A stretch of DNA of 64,000 nt from Camelus dromedarius (taxonomy: Eukaryota): the NCBI RefSeq assembly GCF_036321535.1, contig NC_087447.1:32676001-32740000 (forward strand), given 5' to 3'. Position numbers and translations under genes: made by a program. The notes under the pieces are model-generated. The model was not told the origin of the DNA and did no database searches. It worked only from the letters and a program-made list of their open reading frames with translations. Numbering within the stretch: position 1 is the stretch's first letter; each line of letters starts with the position of its first letter. Positions 12,311 through 25,722 of the stretch are shown one piece after another.

Positions 12311-15224
12311 GAAAATGCATAATTATCTTACCAATTAAAAAGGGTAATGGGCTGGTTATTTACCATACCCTTCCTCTTTCCTTCCTCTCTTTGTCTCCTT
12401 TGTCTTTCTTATTACCTTTTTCCTTCTACAGACACCATTCATACAAGGCAATTCAAGTTATCCACTGTTCAGAACAAAAACTGACTTCAGTAATTTGGGA
12501 GATGGAATAGCCATACAGCATGTAAACCCCAAAGGCTTATGGGAGCATCATTGAACAGTCTTAGATTTGTCAGTGTGATCTCCTTTCCTCTGATTTCTCA
12601 TGCTAAGAAAGCAGCATATATGTCATTTTAACAGAGAAGAGAGAAGAAGAGATAAATCCACATTCTGGGCTTGATGAAAATGAGTCTTCCCTTTACCAGT
12701 ATCTCTTGGGATAGACCCCACTCTGCTCACTTAAACTCTGAGGCTAGATCATGACAGCAGTCAAAGAAATCCCTGTGCCTGGCTGACATGATATATAACC
12801 TTTTTAAGGTAAATGTTCAAAATATTTTAAAAGCTGCTAATTCTGGATGAGTAGATCATAGAACCTTGAACTCAATTTTCCTTCTTTTTTCCCTGTCCAG
12901 GGCCCCAAGCTATTGTAGAAAAGCCAGATCACATTCAAAAGTCTCTTTCAACTGAAAAAAAAAGAGCACCTCTAGAGTGTCTGTTCTTCTCAAAATGTTT
13001 CTTTAGGCTGTCTCTGGGGCTTTGTGAAATCAAAGGTAACTTTTAGCTTGTGTGTGTGCAAATGGGACTTTGAAATTCATATGCTCTTTTCCAGTGGGTT
13101 GGTTTGGGGCAATTCATGGTTTTTCCACCCCTTGGGATAGTCCTAGCCCTGAAAAATTTCTATATCCTAGTGGAAAAGTTAAGGAAAGAAAAGGATAGTG
13201 ACAAGGATCAACATTTTGTGCATGTCTTTATAGTTCAGGCATTCTTCTGCTTTTCCTTTTATGTATGTCATATCATGAAACCTTGATGCGCACACTACAC
13301 ACTGCCAGGCAGGTTCTACTGGCTCCAGTTTAAAGTAGAGGAAGCTGGGTGTTAGGGTTGAGTGACTCACCTGAGGTCACACATATTGTCAAGACAGAGT
13401 GAAAATTCAAATCCAGCAGTTAGTACCTATGAAATGTTCTGACTCCCCACGTTTCTGTGCTGAACAGCTGATGAAATGGTCTACCTAAGGAAAGTGTATC
13501 CTCCAGTAGATGTCTCTGTGAGAGCCGTAGCAAACACCCTTGAAAGAGTTACTGAAAACGTGAAGAAAACATGCAAAACGAGAGGTGATTCAGATGTCTC
13601 CAGATGTTTCTCTTCAGTAGGTTAAGACAATGTTTTTGTGTAAGAAAAGATACTAACAATGTAGCAATGACCTGGTGGACAGTAAAAATTACAAACTGTT
13701 ACTTATCATCCATGGATAACTTTGGTGTTAAAGAATTTAAGATGTTTTGGAATTAACTGTTTCAGTCTGGGAGCTTTGTCTTTCTCTAGATCCACCAGCT
13801 AAACTTTATTAATCCTGTGGGAAGCTAGCAACTTTCATGAACTTCTGTGAACTCATGGTGTGCTTAACAGTGGACTCTATGGGAGTTACAAAAGAGCTCA
13901 TCGATCAGAGCAAAATCATATAAGTTTTAAGTTTTATTAAAGAGTAAATGGCAATGTGAGTAGGTTATATTTTAATAATGTGTATTTTAGTATCTGGGTT
14001 ATTCCATCCACATGTGCTATTGTAACTCAAAATTTAAGATTTAAAATCATCTTTTAATCACAATGTTGATAAAATTTAAAATTGAAGCTTGGACTTTAAG
14101 ACTTCAAATAACCTGCTCATTGAAGTCAACTTTGTCCTACTATATCCTCAAGTCCTAATTGAAAAAAAGTGATGAACTAGTGGAAAAACCATGTGGTGTG
14201 TGAATAAATGATTACAGTCCTATACATTATCCAATTAGACACAGGAATCCCATCACAAAGGTGTCAGTCTAACCTGTCCCTTGCAGTGCTCTGTAATGAA
14301 AACCTAAATGTATATGTGGCTGTATAATGTCTGCACCCACTCGTTACATAGAGCAGCTTATAAACTGGTCAGACTTTGTTTTAAAATATAATGGTTTACT
14401 TATTGAGAAGGTGATTTTTAAGTAACTGAATTAGGAATTTCAATTCTAGAAACCAAACCCTGTGCTGTATTGATATATGATATAGTAAAATCATGAAATG
14501 TCCCCAGAATGTTTTGATTCTAAGGGGCCTATCATTTATAAACAGGCAAAGAAATAACAAGGATGGCATCACACAGAAATTTCTCTGTATCCTTTCAGGG
14601 TGGTGGTATTAAGAATATTAGTAATATATTTCTCAGTTTCTAAACCTTTTGCTTGAGATAAAGGGTTTCATATAAAAGCCTATATCCTTTTTGATAGTTT
14701 CAAACACCTTGAACTCAAAAGAATATTTCAAATCTGTTCTATATTAACTGAATAGCATACATATATAAACAATGTTCACCAGTCACCAGATATTTTTGTC
14801 TTTCTATTGTCTTACTCAATCATTCAAGCTTGTCTGTGATTAGTGGAGTGGGGATGTCTGATGCTGGAATTTATTCTGACCAATGAGCACAGCTGCCTCA
14901 AGGGAGTTCAATCTCCCACAATGTAATAGAACAAAACCCAATATGCATAAAGCAAATGCAAGTCTCCAGGCTTTAGCTGAAGGAAGCAACTACCTGTGTA
15001 CTAACGAAGCAGCAGAAACCACTTCTCATGTGGCTGCATAGGCTGCAGGTTCTGTCTAATCTCTAATGTAGCTTACTGGTCTGCCTATTTTAAAACCAAG
15101 ATTGGAAATTTTCCTGTGTAAAGATAATACGTCAGGTAACATAATGGCTTGACTAATGTTTTGAACAATGCCAAGACATTGTTTAGTTAAAATAGATTAT
15201 TTTCTGTTGAAAAACAAAAAAAGG

Positions 15225-15570
15225 AGCTTATTGATTTGTAGCATTTACCGGTTTGCGTGGTGTAAATACTCCAGCCGTGGCTAATTGCTAGCTATCAACA
15301 TGACATCACCAAACATGGAGATGCTCCTTAGCACCTCATGATACAGCATGTCCTTGCAAATAATGAAAAGAGCATAGATAACAGTAAAATGCAGTGGAAT
15401 AATTATGACGTGATGAGTTTTGAGTATTGATTAACTTTAGTTTATTGTAATTTATTTACATTATATAATCTAATTTTTAATAATGGTTGTGCTTAAGAAC
15501 TGGCTTTCAAAATTCCTGAAGATTTGTTTGCTCCTAAGAACTGGCATGAGACAACTCTAGGACCCCAGGC
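15225..15570. mobile_element. MER63-type hAT-Blackjack DNA transposon
   Basis: tgtagcatttaccggtttgcgtggtgtaaatactcc...gtgatgagttttgagtatt...aatttttaataatggttgtg...caaaattcctgaa. Confidence 0.75.
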
Positions 15571-15999
15571 AGATGCCTTCATTCTGTTTTTGGCTTCTCT
15601 GGGCTCATTTCCTCCCAGTCTCTTCCAGTCAGTGCTACGCATACTATTGGTCTGTCTGACTGGTTTGTCTCCTATCAGAATTGACCTGTGCAGTGTCCCA
15701 CTCTGTCATTGCCTGGAGTGATAGCTGTGCTCACATATTGTCTGATAGATTATCCCAAAAGCATTTATAGCCTTAACACATGCACAAGAATAGTAATTTC
15801 TTCATTTAAATGAATGTTTGACTAATGGTAGAAATTTCAGGGGCCATAACCAAGCAGTGGGTAAACATTTTAGGCTGATGGAATTTCTCAGTAACCTGAA
15901 AAGTGCAAGGACCACCTAGTCATTGATGCATAATATAGGCCCTGAATCCAAATATCCTAATGCCTTTGTCATGTCAAGCCATCCACTTTAGGAAAAAAA

Positions 16000-16300
16000 T
16001 ATTTTTATTGAAGTATAGTTAGTTTACAATGTTGTGTCAGTTTCTGGTGTACAGCACAATGCTTCAGTCCTATAGGGACATACATATATTGGTTTTCATA
16101 CTCTTTTTCACCGTAAGTTACTATAAGATATTGAATATTGTTCCCTGTGCTATACAGTATAAACTTGTTTATCTATTTTATGTATTTTAGTTAGTATCTG
16201 CAAATCTCGAATCCCCAATTTATCCCTTTCCCTCTTCCTCCCCCGCTGGTAACCATAAGTTTGTTTTCTACATCTGTGAGTCTGTTTCCATTTGTTTTTA
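16000..16300 (-). mobile_element. Artiodactyl/camelid-type L1 3'UTR, 5'-truncated
   Basis: tttttattgaagtatagttagtttacaatgttgtgtcagtttctggtgtacagc...ttccctgtgctatacag...ggtaaccataagtttgttttctac. Confidence 0.9.
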
Positions 16301-16479
16301 GCATAAAGGCAGGCTTGGATTTATATGAAGCAAAACCCAACAATTCTGATGATCTTCCTGGGATTTCTTGAGTAAAGTGGTCTTTTATAGGTAGCTTATT
16401 GCTTTGATTGAACAGATATAATGTGGATGTCATCAAGAATTTAAGCAAATAAAAGGCCTGCAGCTGCATAACCTTAGAT

Positions 16480-16900
16480 CTAGGCAGGAAGTTATCAGGT
16501 TATTGAGGTGAAGTGGGTTGAATGGGACAGTGCTTCCATCGTCCCAGGCGCACGAGGGTATCTTTCTTTAAAGCTTCCCGGAGAAGATGTTTAACAGCTG
16601 CTCACGTTCAAGTTCAGGGAGGAAACATTTGCAACAACAGGAATGCCTCCTATCACACTTCAGTCCCTTCTGCTGTACTTTATATGTCACATTCTTCACT
16701 CAGTGACAGAATTGAGACGCATGGGACTTTGCCGGCTGTGGTCATAAAGCCAGGCTATCCCTTGAAGACGTTAATTAAGTTGCTCACTGCCCTTCCCTTT
16801 TCTTGTTTGAACAAACTCAATCCCTTTAAGTCTTCCACTGGAATTGTATTTACATGTTTCCCTCTGTACAAACATTTTAATCTCTTAGCAGCTAATTACA
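16480..16900 (-). mobile_element. L3/CR1-like LINE fragment
   Basis: tctttaaagcttcccggagaag...; cccttcccttttcttgtttgaacaaactcaatccctttaagtcttcc resemble the reverse CR1/L3 3' region. Confidence 0.45.
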
Positions 16901-17289
16901 CGGTGGGGATTTGCCATCACCACCCGCCCACTCATATCCATTTATTTTTCACTTGATTTTTGGGATTCCATGAATGTCAACAGCCTTCTGCCACCAAGGA
17001 AACTGAGCCATCCCCTGAACTGATTCACAACTATGTCTCCTCTTTGCTGCCTTTGAGACCTAACGAGGAGACTTGGATCCCTGGTGCTAGGATGCCTCTG
17101 TCAGGAAACCAGTGGCACAAAGAGATGACTGGCAATAAAGTCTGTAAGGGGATTATTCTCTTACAATAATTGTAGTGGTGGTAAAATCACCTGTGAAATG
17201 CTATACTGCTACTGTTATTACTAATAATGATGCTACTTAACAAGGCAAGCATTGAACTGAGCCTAGTCATTTATTAGCACCATATTTAA

Positions 17290-18095
17290 TGAAATGAGTC
17301 TCATATTAGAGGTCAGGAGATTTGATTTAATCTTGGTTCTGTCTTGATTGATGAATTGAAGGATTTAATTTCATAAATATTATTAAGCACCTACATTATG
17401 TAGAGCGATACGTATGGCACTAAGAATAAAAAAGAAATGTCTTCTACCTTCAAAGTCCTCATGATGTAGTGGGTCAGATCAATTAATCTCATTTCCAAGG
17501 TTTGTAAAATGGGGATTTGACATTAAATTAAATGATCCCCAGTGTCACTTTGAGCCTTACATTGCCAGCATCCAAGTTGCATGATTTTAAACATTATTTA
17601 TCATTTAGTTTCTTTTTTCTTGTTTACAAAGGAATATAGAAATGTACAAGTTATATTCAGTAACAATCTTGCAACTGATAAACTAGTGTGATCTTAAAAA
17701 CTTTTCTAACATAGCCAAGCCTCAGATCCCTTACTAGCAAAGTCAGAATATTAATACCTACTTCTCAAAGATGAAAGAGCCAAAGGAAATAATTTAGGCA
17801 AGCCCCGGAACAAAGAAAGTACTCAATAAATTATAGTTATTATTATATTACTTAATAGATTTTAGAAGGATGAAATAAAATTATTTATACAGATTACTAG
17901 TACAGTATTGGGCACATAGAAAGCTCCCAAATACAGAAACTAATATTACTGGATTGTTAGTGTTCTTATTATTTTAAACCATATGCATTATGTCATTTAC
18001 ATTGATTAAATTCATTACAAACTCATGAGGTGAATTTTCAGTATGTATTAAGAATTAGAATCATAGAGGATAAGCTACTTTTGAAGATCACACAG
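17290..18095. mobile_element. Cluster of MIR/L2 fragments
   Basis: Repeated MIR core motifs such as aagcctcagatcccttactagcaaag, ggcacatag and gaagatcacacagct. Confidence 0.6.
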
Positions 18096-18399
18096 CTCCC
18101 CGTGATACCCCCCCACAAAAAAAAAAAAAAAACAAACAAAACCTAGATGAAGAAAAAAGGAAAATACTCAATTTGGAGAAAACGTGATGCCCCAACAATT
18201 ATTAAAACGCAAAATCAGCGTGGCTAATCAGCCTCGGTCTCTGACGGACCAGAGTCCTGCATGGAGTCACAGGTGGTGAAGATGTGCGAGTGTTAGTTCC
18301 TTCTCTCCTGCAGCACATTCCCGAACACTGCTGTGGGCAAGGCGCTACGCGTGGGTGGGGACATGGTTAGAGAGAAAAACATAGCCTCTGCTCCCAGGA

Positions 18400-19790
18400 A
18401 GCTGAAAGTCTAGCAAAGAGGGAATCCACATTATTACCCCCAAACTGTAACAGGGACCCAGGGGAAGGTATGTTTGCAAGAGTAAGGGGGATTTGACCAA
18501 CAAGTGAGGGAAATTTCCCATGAGAAGGTGATGACTGAGCCACCAAATTCTGGGGAATAAGTAGGAACTGTTTAGATGAAGGGAGGGGCTGCGTGGGGGA
18601 CTCCAGTCCAAGAGAGGCATACAGTAGGAGGGGACATTCTATACCCCAGCAACGGGAAATCATGACTAGAGCAGGAGGGCAAAGGTCAGAGCAATGTGAA
18701 AAGAAACTAAGACAGTAAGGGTCTGGACGAAGGCAGAATATTATATCTTGTGCCTCTTGTTAAATATTTGGTCTTTATCATAAAAACAAGGAGAAACCAT
18801 CAAAGGCTTAACTTGCTGAAAGTACAATCAGATTTACACTTTGCAAAGTCCAAAATGGCTATGCTGGGAAGAACAGATTGTCATGTATAATTTTGTTGTT
18901 CAAGGGGTAGCTCCAACTATTCCTATATTTGACCTGGCAAGGGATGGGACTGTAACATACAGATGAAGACATTACCATATCAAAATTCTTCTCCCATTGC
19001 TAGGGCCCTTAGGACCCTGAAGATACAAAGAAAATAAAGGTCATTATAGTCCACCAACTCTTTTATTAACATGATGTTTCGCAGGATATCTTCAAGTTTG
19101 TTTCAGAGGAGATGCCAATGCCACAGTATCTTTACCAATAGCTCTGTGCTGCCATCACCATTATTCATTCACTATTTCATTCATTTGTATATTCAGCAGA
19201 TATATATACATATATATATAGAGAGAGAGAGAGAGAGAATTCATTATATTGATAAGCATTCATCAATAAATAAAGAGACAAAACCTCTTCCTTCAGGAAG
19301 CTTACCTCTTCATAAGAGTAAGGAGACAATAAACAAAGAAGGTTAATTTCAGATTATGAATCTGTCACACTATGATTAGTACTATGGAAAAAAAAAAAAA
19401 AGAAGGGTGCCAGAGAGGAAATATACTGCAAGAGAAAGCATCACTGGAAAGATACTTAAGCAAGATCTGGAGGAAGATATCTTAGTGAGGGGGAGTGCAT
19501 TTAATGAAAAGAAACAGCGTATGAAATGGCTCTGGGTTGGGAAGATGTTAAAGGGAACATCAAAGAGGCCAGTGTGACCTGAGCAGAGTGAATGAAATGG
19601 CGAATATAGAAGATCAGGTTAGAAAGGTAATGAAGTGTGGTGACAGATTATGCGGGATCTTAGGGACCATTCTTGGGGCTTTAGATTTTATAATTGATAT
19701 GCAAAGCCCTGGGAGATTTTTGAGTAGAGAGGTAATGTTAAGATTGAAATTTAATATTAGAACAATTACTTTGGCTGCTGGATGAAGAAT
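18400..19790 (-). mobile_element. L2 fragments (about 18.4-18.9 kb and 19.16-19.79 kb)
   Basis: attcattcac...gaggccagtgtgacctgagcagagtga...gggagatttttgagtagagagg...attactttggctgct. Confidence 0.7.
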
Positions 19791-22700
19791 CCCCAATACC
19801 CTGCACAAGAATAATCACACCTTCTTGTTGTGCATGCTCCCAGTCTAACAAGCAAACGTCAAAAATGGATTCTTTGCCTTTCTCTTATCTATTCCTCTAA
19901 TCAAAACGGGCTATAACAGTCCTTAAGCAAGAAGGTCTATAGACCCAACCCTTGAAATAAACATTCTTTTTTAAAATTACAGTGCAGAAGATGGTCATTA
20001 TGATTAAAAAAAAAAGACTCCATTTTAGGGAAAGAATGTCAGATGCATAGTTCTAATACCAAAAAAAAAAAAAACAGACAGAAGTAGTGGTATAAACCCG
20101 GTTCTGTTCAAGCTCAAGATCCAGAGGAGTTTGTTCTAATTGTGTTTGCATATCTTCTTTTTTAAATAAGGGAAGCAAAAGAGTGAAGTTTGATATAAAG
20201 TGTTAGAGAAAAAAAAAGAATGCCTGCTTCATTACTTTCAAATGAGATACCTTAGTTACCTAAGTGGAAAATGCCTGGAACCTTCCACATGAGGACAAGC
20301 ATAGAGTAACTGCATTTGCAGTGGAGCTCATTCTTTCTCTCCTTTGAGATAGCTGCCTTTTTTTTTTTAAAAAACAAGGCTATTTGATTCATATGTCTGA
20401 TCAGCTCATGTCCTAATTCTGAAACTTTGAGCATTATTTCCTAACAAACGTGCACTCTAGTTTTCTCATCAGTAAAAGGGGGATAATATAATATCTGCCT
20501 CACTAAGACTTTACAGGGATAAAATACATGCAAAGTGTGTAAAGCAATGCTTGGTATAACAAGTGGCTTGTTGGAAGAGGATCCCAGAAATACACTGGGG
20601 GTTTGATGAGGCAGTACTTGACAAGATAATGGTGGGTGAGAGAACAAAAACTTCTTACGCTAATGTTTTTCCTAAGTTGTACCCCAACATGGTACTTCTC
20701 TTTAGTCCTGACTAATGAGCATTTAAATGTTATCTTTACCTACTCCACAGTTGTGAAGAAATATTTTAAGACAGGGTTACCTCAAAGAATATGATCGACT
20801 TTGATAATATGGGGGAATAGGGATGCAAAACAACAAAGTGCTAAATGACTTCAGTGGGGAGCTGCTTCTCCATGTTCACCTTTGTCCTTCACGGAGGTCC
20901 TTCCCTCAACCCTCTCAACCTACTATCGCTCCACCCTCCAAAACAGATGGCCTTTACTCTGCTAAGCGGAGTGTTTTGAATCTTATTAGGCATCAAACAA
21001 AATTGGACTCTAAGATGTCAGTTCATTAGAGCAGAAAAGCCTCTTAGAAAACGAGTCTGAGTGTTAGAGGAATTTGCAATTATCTTTTCTAAGTTTCCAG
21101 AACTTCGTGGCCATTGGCATGTCAATGAACTTTTAAAATTCAGTTTCTCCATCATCCATGAAAGTGAGATAATTCTACCTATATCTTAAAAGTGTATTAT
21201 GATTTAAGTTAAAAAATATGTTTAAATGCTTAGTATACAGCCTGGCACAAAGTTAAGTGCTCAATCAATGTTCTATTCGTACCTCCGTTGGACAGACTTG
21301 CATTTGAGTGACTTGTATACATGACTATCCCAGTCACTAGCCTAAAAGCACCTGGAAAGTGAAGACCATCTCTTAATTACCATTGTGTCTCTGTTGGTTC
21401 ACATCACAGTGTTTGCTCAAAATAAATCATACATGCTTTTTAAATAAAAGCAAATACTTGCTATTGAATATTGACATATATAATTATATAACTAAGAGAA
21501 GTGCACTTTATTCGCACATTGTAGTGGGGCTGCTGCAAATTAATTGATTCTAATAAATGAGGATCGTTGCCTTCCAAAAAAAAAAAAATCTTTGACTTAA
21601 TTCAAGATTGTATTGGGTGTGGCTTGCAGCTCACTAGGGCAGACCAGGCACTGACAATACTCAATAAAATACTGACACTAGCTAGAAAGGCCTCACTGGC
21701 AAACTGTGGTGCCCAAGGGTTACAGCAGTCTTTGCTTGCATTACAGTCAAAAATAGGGAATCAGAGAAGACATGAAGGTTTAAAAAGTGGACAGAGGACA
21801 ACACTAAGCAATCTGGTATAAAAGTTGCTTGAAAGATTACGGGGAGTCTTGTTTGAAAGTGCATTAAGATCTCTTCTATAGGATTAGAGTTTAGGAGCAT
21901 CACTGCAGTGCTGGGTGGTAGAGGAAGGACAAGGCAGAGCCTAATACTTTTTGGAAATTGAGGTCTTTCTTTTATTTTGTCACAGTTCTGGGTACAAAGG
22001 ATTTAGCTTAAATGACTCATTTTTTTCCTATCTTCCTTTTCATGATTCTGTCAGTATATTTAAGTAACTTCAAAGAAACAGAAGAATCTCATGTGATTTT
22101 TCCAGAGCTACATATTGTTCAGCATAAAACATGAAGTTCAAATAAGACTGTAAGAGATGCTCAGAGGGTCTAAGGACAGAGAAAACACAGTCATCTGAAT
22201 TAGGACACTCTTGATGAGTTTCAGAAAAGAAAAATTCAGAAGTCCAAGCAGCCTAGTGGCATAGCTTGCTGAGATTGATCTAACGCAAGCATGATAAGGA
22301 GTCCACAGTATATTCTGCTATAACTGACAGAGACTAACTCGACTGAAGCTAAGCTTATAGTTAAGAAAAACATGGCTTCAGCTGAAGGAAAAACAGGGCT
22401 GCAGAAGGTGAGTGAGAACCCATCAGGTCTTCAGTGTGAGTGCAATATATTATCAGTCCCTTATATCAGAGAAAGTGATGCCTTTCTTCAAAGCAATTCA
22501 ACAGTCTTCTTGTTACTGGATTAAATATTCTTCATTTTCAGGCATTTTATCTACATATAAACCTACATACATATCCTGCTACAATTTTAAACTAGTATCA
22601 TTAAGTTTTTCTTCAGCAAATTACTATGTAGATATATAATAGTAGAATATAGTAGTAACAGTTTTCTACTCATCTCGAGTCTTCTGATTAATTCAAATAT

Positions 22701-23493
22701 ATTATGAATATTAAGTCCTTAAATCTGTAATATACCTTCAAATAGGACAGCCCAGGTTTTTATCGCTTTTCTTCACCGAGAGTCACAGAGACATCATATG
22801 TATCATCCAAGGTCGTGTAATAGGACAGGTTTCACTCTACTGAATCTTGCAACAAAGGTTACATAGATGGTGTTACTATTTTTTCACAGGATTTCTTTTT
22901 TTCCCGCAAGATAACTACTCTTTAGGAGAGTGGTTTCTTTATGTTTAGTGTTTCAGCAACAATGCCATGGCCGTTGCTTCATAAACATTCTCTAAAGGCC
23001 CTAATAAATGTGTGTGTATGTGTGTGTGGTGAAAGGAAGAAAATTGGGTTATTAAAGTGAAACAAAAATATTTATTTCTTCGTTTCATATCTGCACTATC
23101 TTCATGAGGGTCTCATAAGTCACTTTCAATAATGAGAAAATAAGAACATCAAACCAAACGTAAACTTCATCTGAAAAGATAAGGGCACTAGCTTATTTGC
23201 AGCAATGGTGGAGTCCAGGCGATAAGCTTCTTGTCAATGTTGAAAATGTTCATTTAAATAAATTTTACATTCCCAAAATATAAGGAAATAAATAACTTCA
23301 AAATGAGGTTGTAGATAAGGGATTTAATATCTGAAAAGACTACAGGTCGAGCAAGATTGAGAGCATCTAATCAAATGTAATTTTCAACATGTAATTGTGC
23401 TATTGAAATCTGGAAAGGTTAAATTCAGAAGAGTCTGGGGGAAAGTGGAAAGTTCTTAGGTCAGAGTCTTGTCAAGCAGCACAAGAACACATT

Positions 23494-23708
23494 TGGGAGT
23501 TCAAGATTTGCAAATATTAACTACTATATATAAAAATAGATAAAAACAAATTTCTTCTGTGTAACACAGGGAACTATATTCAATAACTTGTAATAACCTT
23601 TATTGAAAAAGAATATGAAATGATATATGGGGGGGGTGTGACTGGGACATTATGCTGTACACCAGAAACTGACACATTGTTACTGACTTTACTTCAGTTT
23701 TTTAAAAA
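23494..23708 (+). mobile_element. Artiodactyl/camelid-type L1 3' end with TSD
   Basis: gggagttcaagatttgcaaata...acagggaactatattcaata...tgctgtacaccagaaactgacacattgt; TSD aagaacacatt (23483-23493) / aagaatacatt (23709-23719). Confidence 0.9.
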
Positions 23709-24129
23709 AAGAATACATTCCGGTTATCGCAGGCATTGTCTATGGTATTAACATAGCATCTTACTTTCCTTGCTGTAAGTTCTTTGTGTTCTGAGTTCTT
23801 TCTTCCATTTTCCCCAGTTTTGGATGCAGAGGATTTAGATTAAAGGACTCATCCTCCTTTACTGAATTACCTTGCTCTATCAGCATCCTTGGTAACTTCA
23901 AAGAATATAGAAGAATCTTAGGAGATTTTTCAGAGCTACTTCTATTCTCCAAAATGTCTAAGGCGTAATATTTTATTGATTTCCCCAAATCTCATCCTGT
24001 TTTCTATTGACTATGTCAATAGGAAAAAGGGGTGATGTTTTAGGTTCTGTTTATTCAGTCCCCTTATGTTATTACCATATCACCCCAAATTTTATTTTCA
24101 CAACAATCACCAAAAATATCAATGGATTA

Positions 24130-24570
24130 TCTTGTGCCTCACATTGTACTGAACATTTTACATCAAATATATAATTTATTCCTCTCCAATAACTTAAAAT
24201 AACATGTGCTATTGTTCCCATTTAACAGCTAAGCAAACTGAGGCTCTGGTAGATTAGATAACATGCCAAGTTTATACACCAATAAGAGCCAAACTTGGAT
24301 ATGACTCCAGAAAGTTTTACTGCAGAGTCAATGGCCTAATACTGCTAGTTTGGCAATCTAGCATGTATTAGGCTGTTACTATGTTCCAGGCACTGTTATA
24401 AGCACTTCACATATATTAACTGACTTAATTCTTTCCCCAAACATGGTAAGATGAATCTAATAGTATTCCCAGTTTACAGATAAGGAAATAGAAACACAGG
24501 AGGAAAAAGTCCTCTTTTGGGGGGTCCCACAGTTAGTAAGTTGAGGTAAGATTCATACTCAGGGCATCTT
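24130..24570 (-). mobile_element. Two adjacent MIRs
   Basis: cccatttaacagctaagcaaactgaggct and cccagtttacagataaggaaatagaaacacag cores. Confidence 0.8.
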
Positions 24571-24915
24571 TTCCCAAGGCCCATAGGTCAGTTCTGAATA
24601 TAAATCATCATTGAATATGTCGTAATTATAGGCACCCTAGATGTAGGTTACATGCCAAGTACATTAGTTTGAGACTCAGTGGAGTAAAAAACTCTTAAAA
24701 GAAGGGCCCTTAGTGATGCATAGCTCAGATCCCAGTGCAGATGTAGAAAGGCGTTCCTTAGACAGGTCTTGGCTGCCTCCACAGAGGAGTCTTCAGGAGA
24801 CCCAGACATCAAGCACCACAGGAAAAATCCCTCACATTCAAGGGACTAATGAAGAACAGAATGAAGAATTTAAAAGAAATACAAGGCCTCTACAGTACAT
24901 CATCATGTTCCTAAA

Positions 24916-25054
24916 GATTTTTGGAACTGTGTATGGTGATGGTTGTTAACTGGACTTACTGTGATCATTTTGTAACATATACGAATAGAGTCATTACGTC
25001 ATACACCTGAAACTAATATAATGTTATCTATCTATGTCTCAATTTTAAAAAACA
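24916..25054 (+). mobile_element. L1 3' terminal fragment (L1MA/artiodactyl-like)
   Basis: actgtgtatggtgatgg..gttaactggacttactgtgatcattttgtaa...tacacctgaaactaatataatgttat...tctcaatt plus A-rich tail. Confidence 0.85.
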
Positions 25055-25489
25055 AAAAGAAATACGAAGACTCTGCTATATATCATTATGTTCCTAAAAT
25101 AGTTGATTCTCATCAGCATACAACAAGCACTGTCTGTAACTTCATTGTAAGGATGCTTAGAATTGAATACAACTTGTGCACGAACTTCCACAGAATGGCT
25201 ATAAGGAGCATTATGTGGAGAAGGAGCCCACGGCCTCCCCTGGCATCATTGGGAAAGGTCTCTGTGAGATTCTCATGAGCACAGGCAGCAGGAACCACAG
25301 GACAAGGAACTGGAAGTGTCTGTTCCGATAATACAAGTCACTGCCTCTTCTTTAAACCTCAAGACTGCCATAGTTCTACTAATTCCTGATTTTCTGCATA
25401 AGGTTGGTGCCATTTAATGTGCAGAACATCTATCATGTGCAAAATAAAAAATCTGCTAGTTTCTTTCTATATTATGTTCAATGCTCACA

Positions 25490-25722
25490 GTAGCACTATG
25501 AAGTTAGAGGTCAAGAACATGGTCACTGGAGTCAAATGGTTTGGCTTTGCCTCCCACCTCCAGTACTTAACTAGTGTTATGACTTTGAGCACATTCATTA
25601 ACCTCATTGTGTCTCAGATCCCTCCTGTGCAAAATACAGATAAGAATGCTACCTACCTCAAGACATTATTGGTCTTAGAACAGTGCCTGGCTCATAATAA
25701 GCATTTTATGAGTATTAGCTCT
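25490..25722 (+). mobile_element. MIR SINE, near full length
   Basis: ggtcaagaacatggtcactggagtca...actagtgttatgactttgagca...ttaacctcattgtgtctcag...cttagaacagtgcctggctcataataagc. Confidence 0.85.

Noticed and set aside
16522..16956. 144-aa ATG ORF
   Set aside because: No recognisable domain; overlaps a probable antisense L3/CR1 fragment.
18100..18142. C-run plus poly(A) as a truncated SINE tail
   Set aside because: No SINE body or convincing TSD; cannot be distinguished from a simple repeat.
24004..24022. Hairpin ctattgac-tat-gtcaatag
   Set aside because: An 8-bp stem is expected by chance in 64 kb and is too short for a pre-miRNA.
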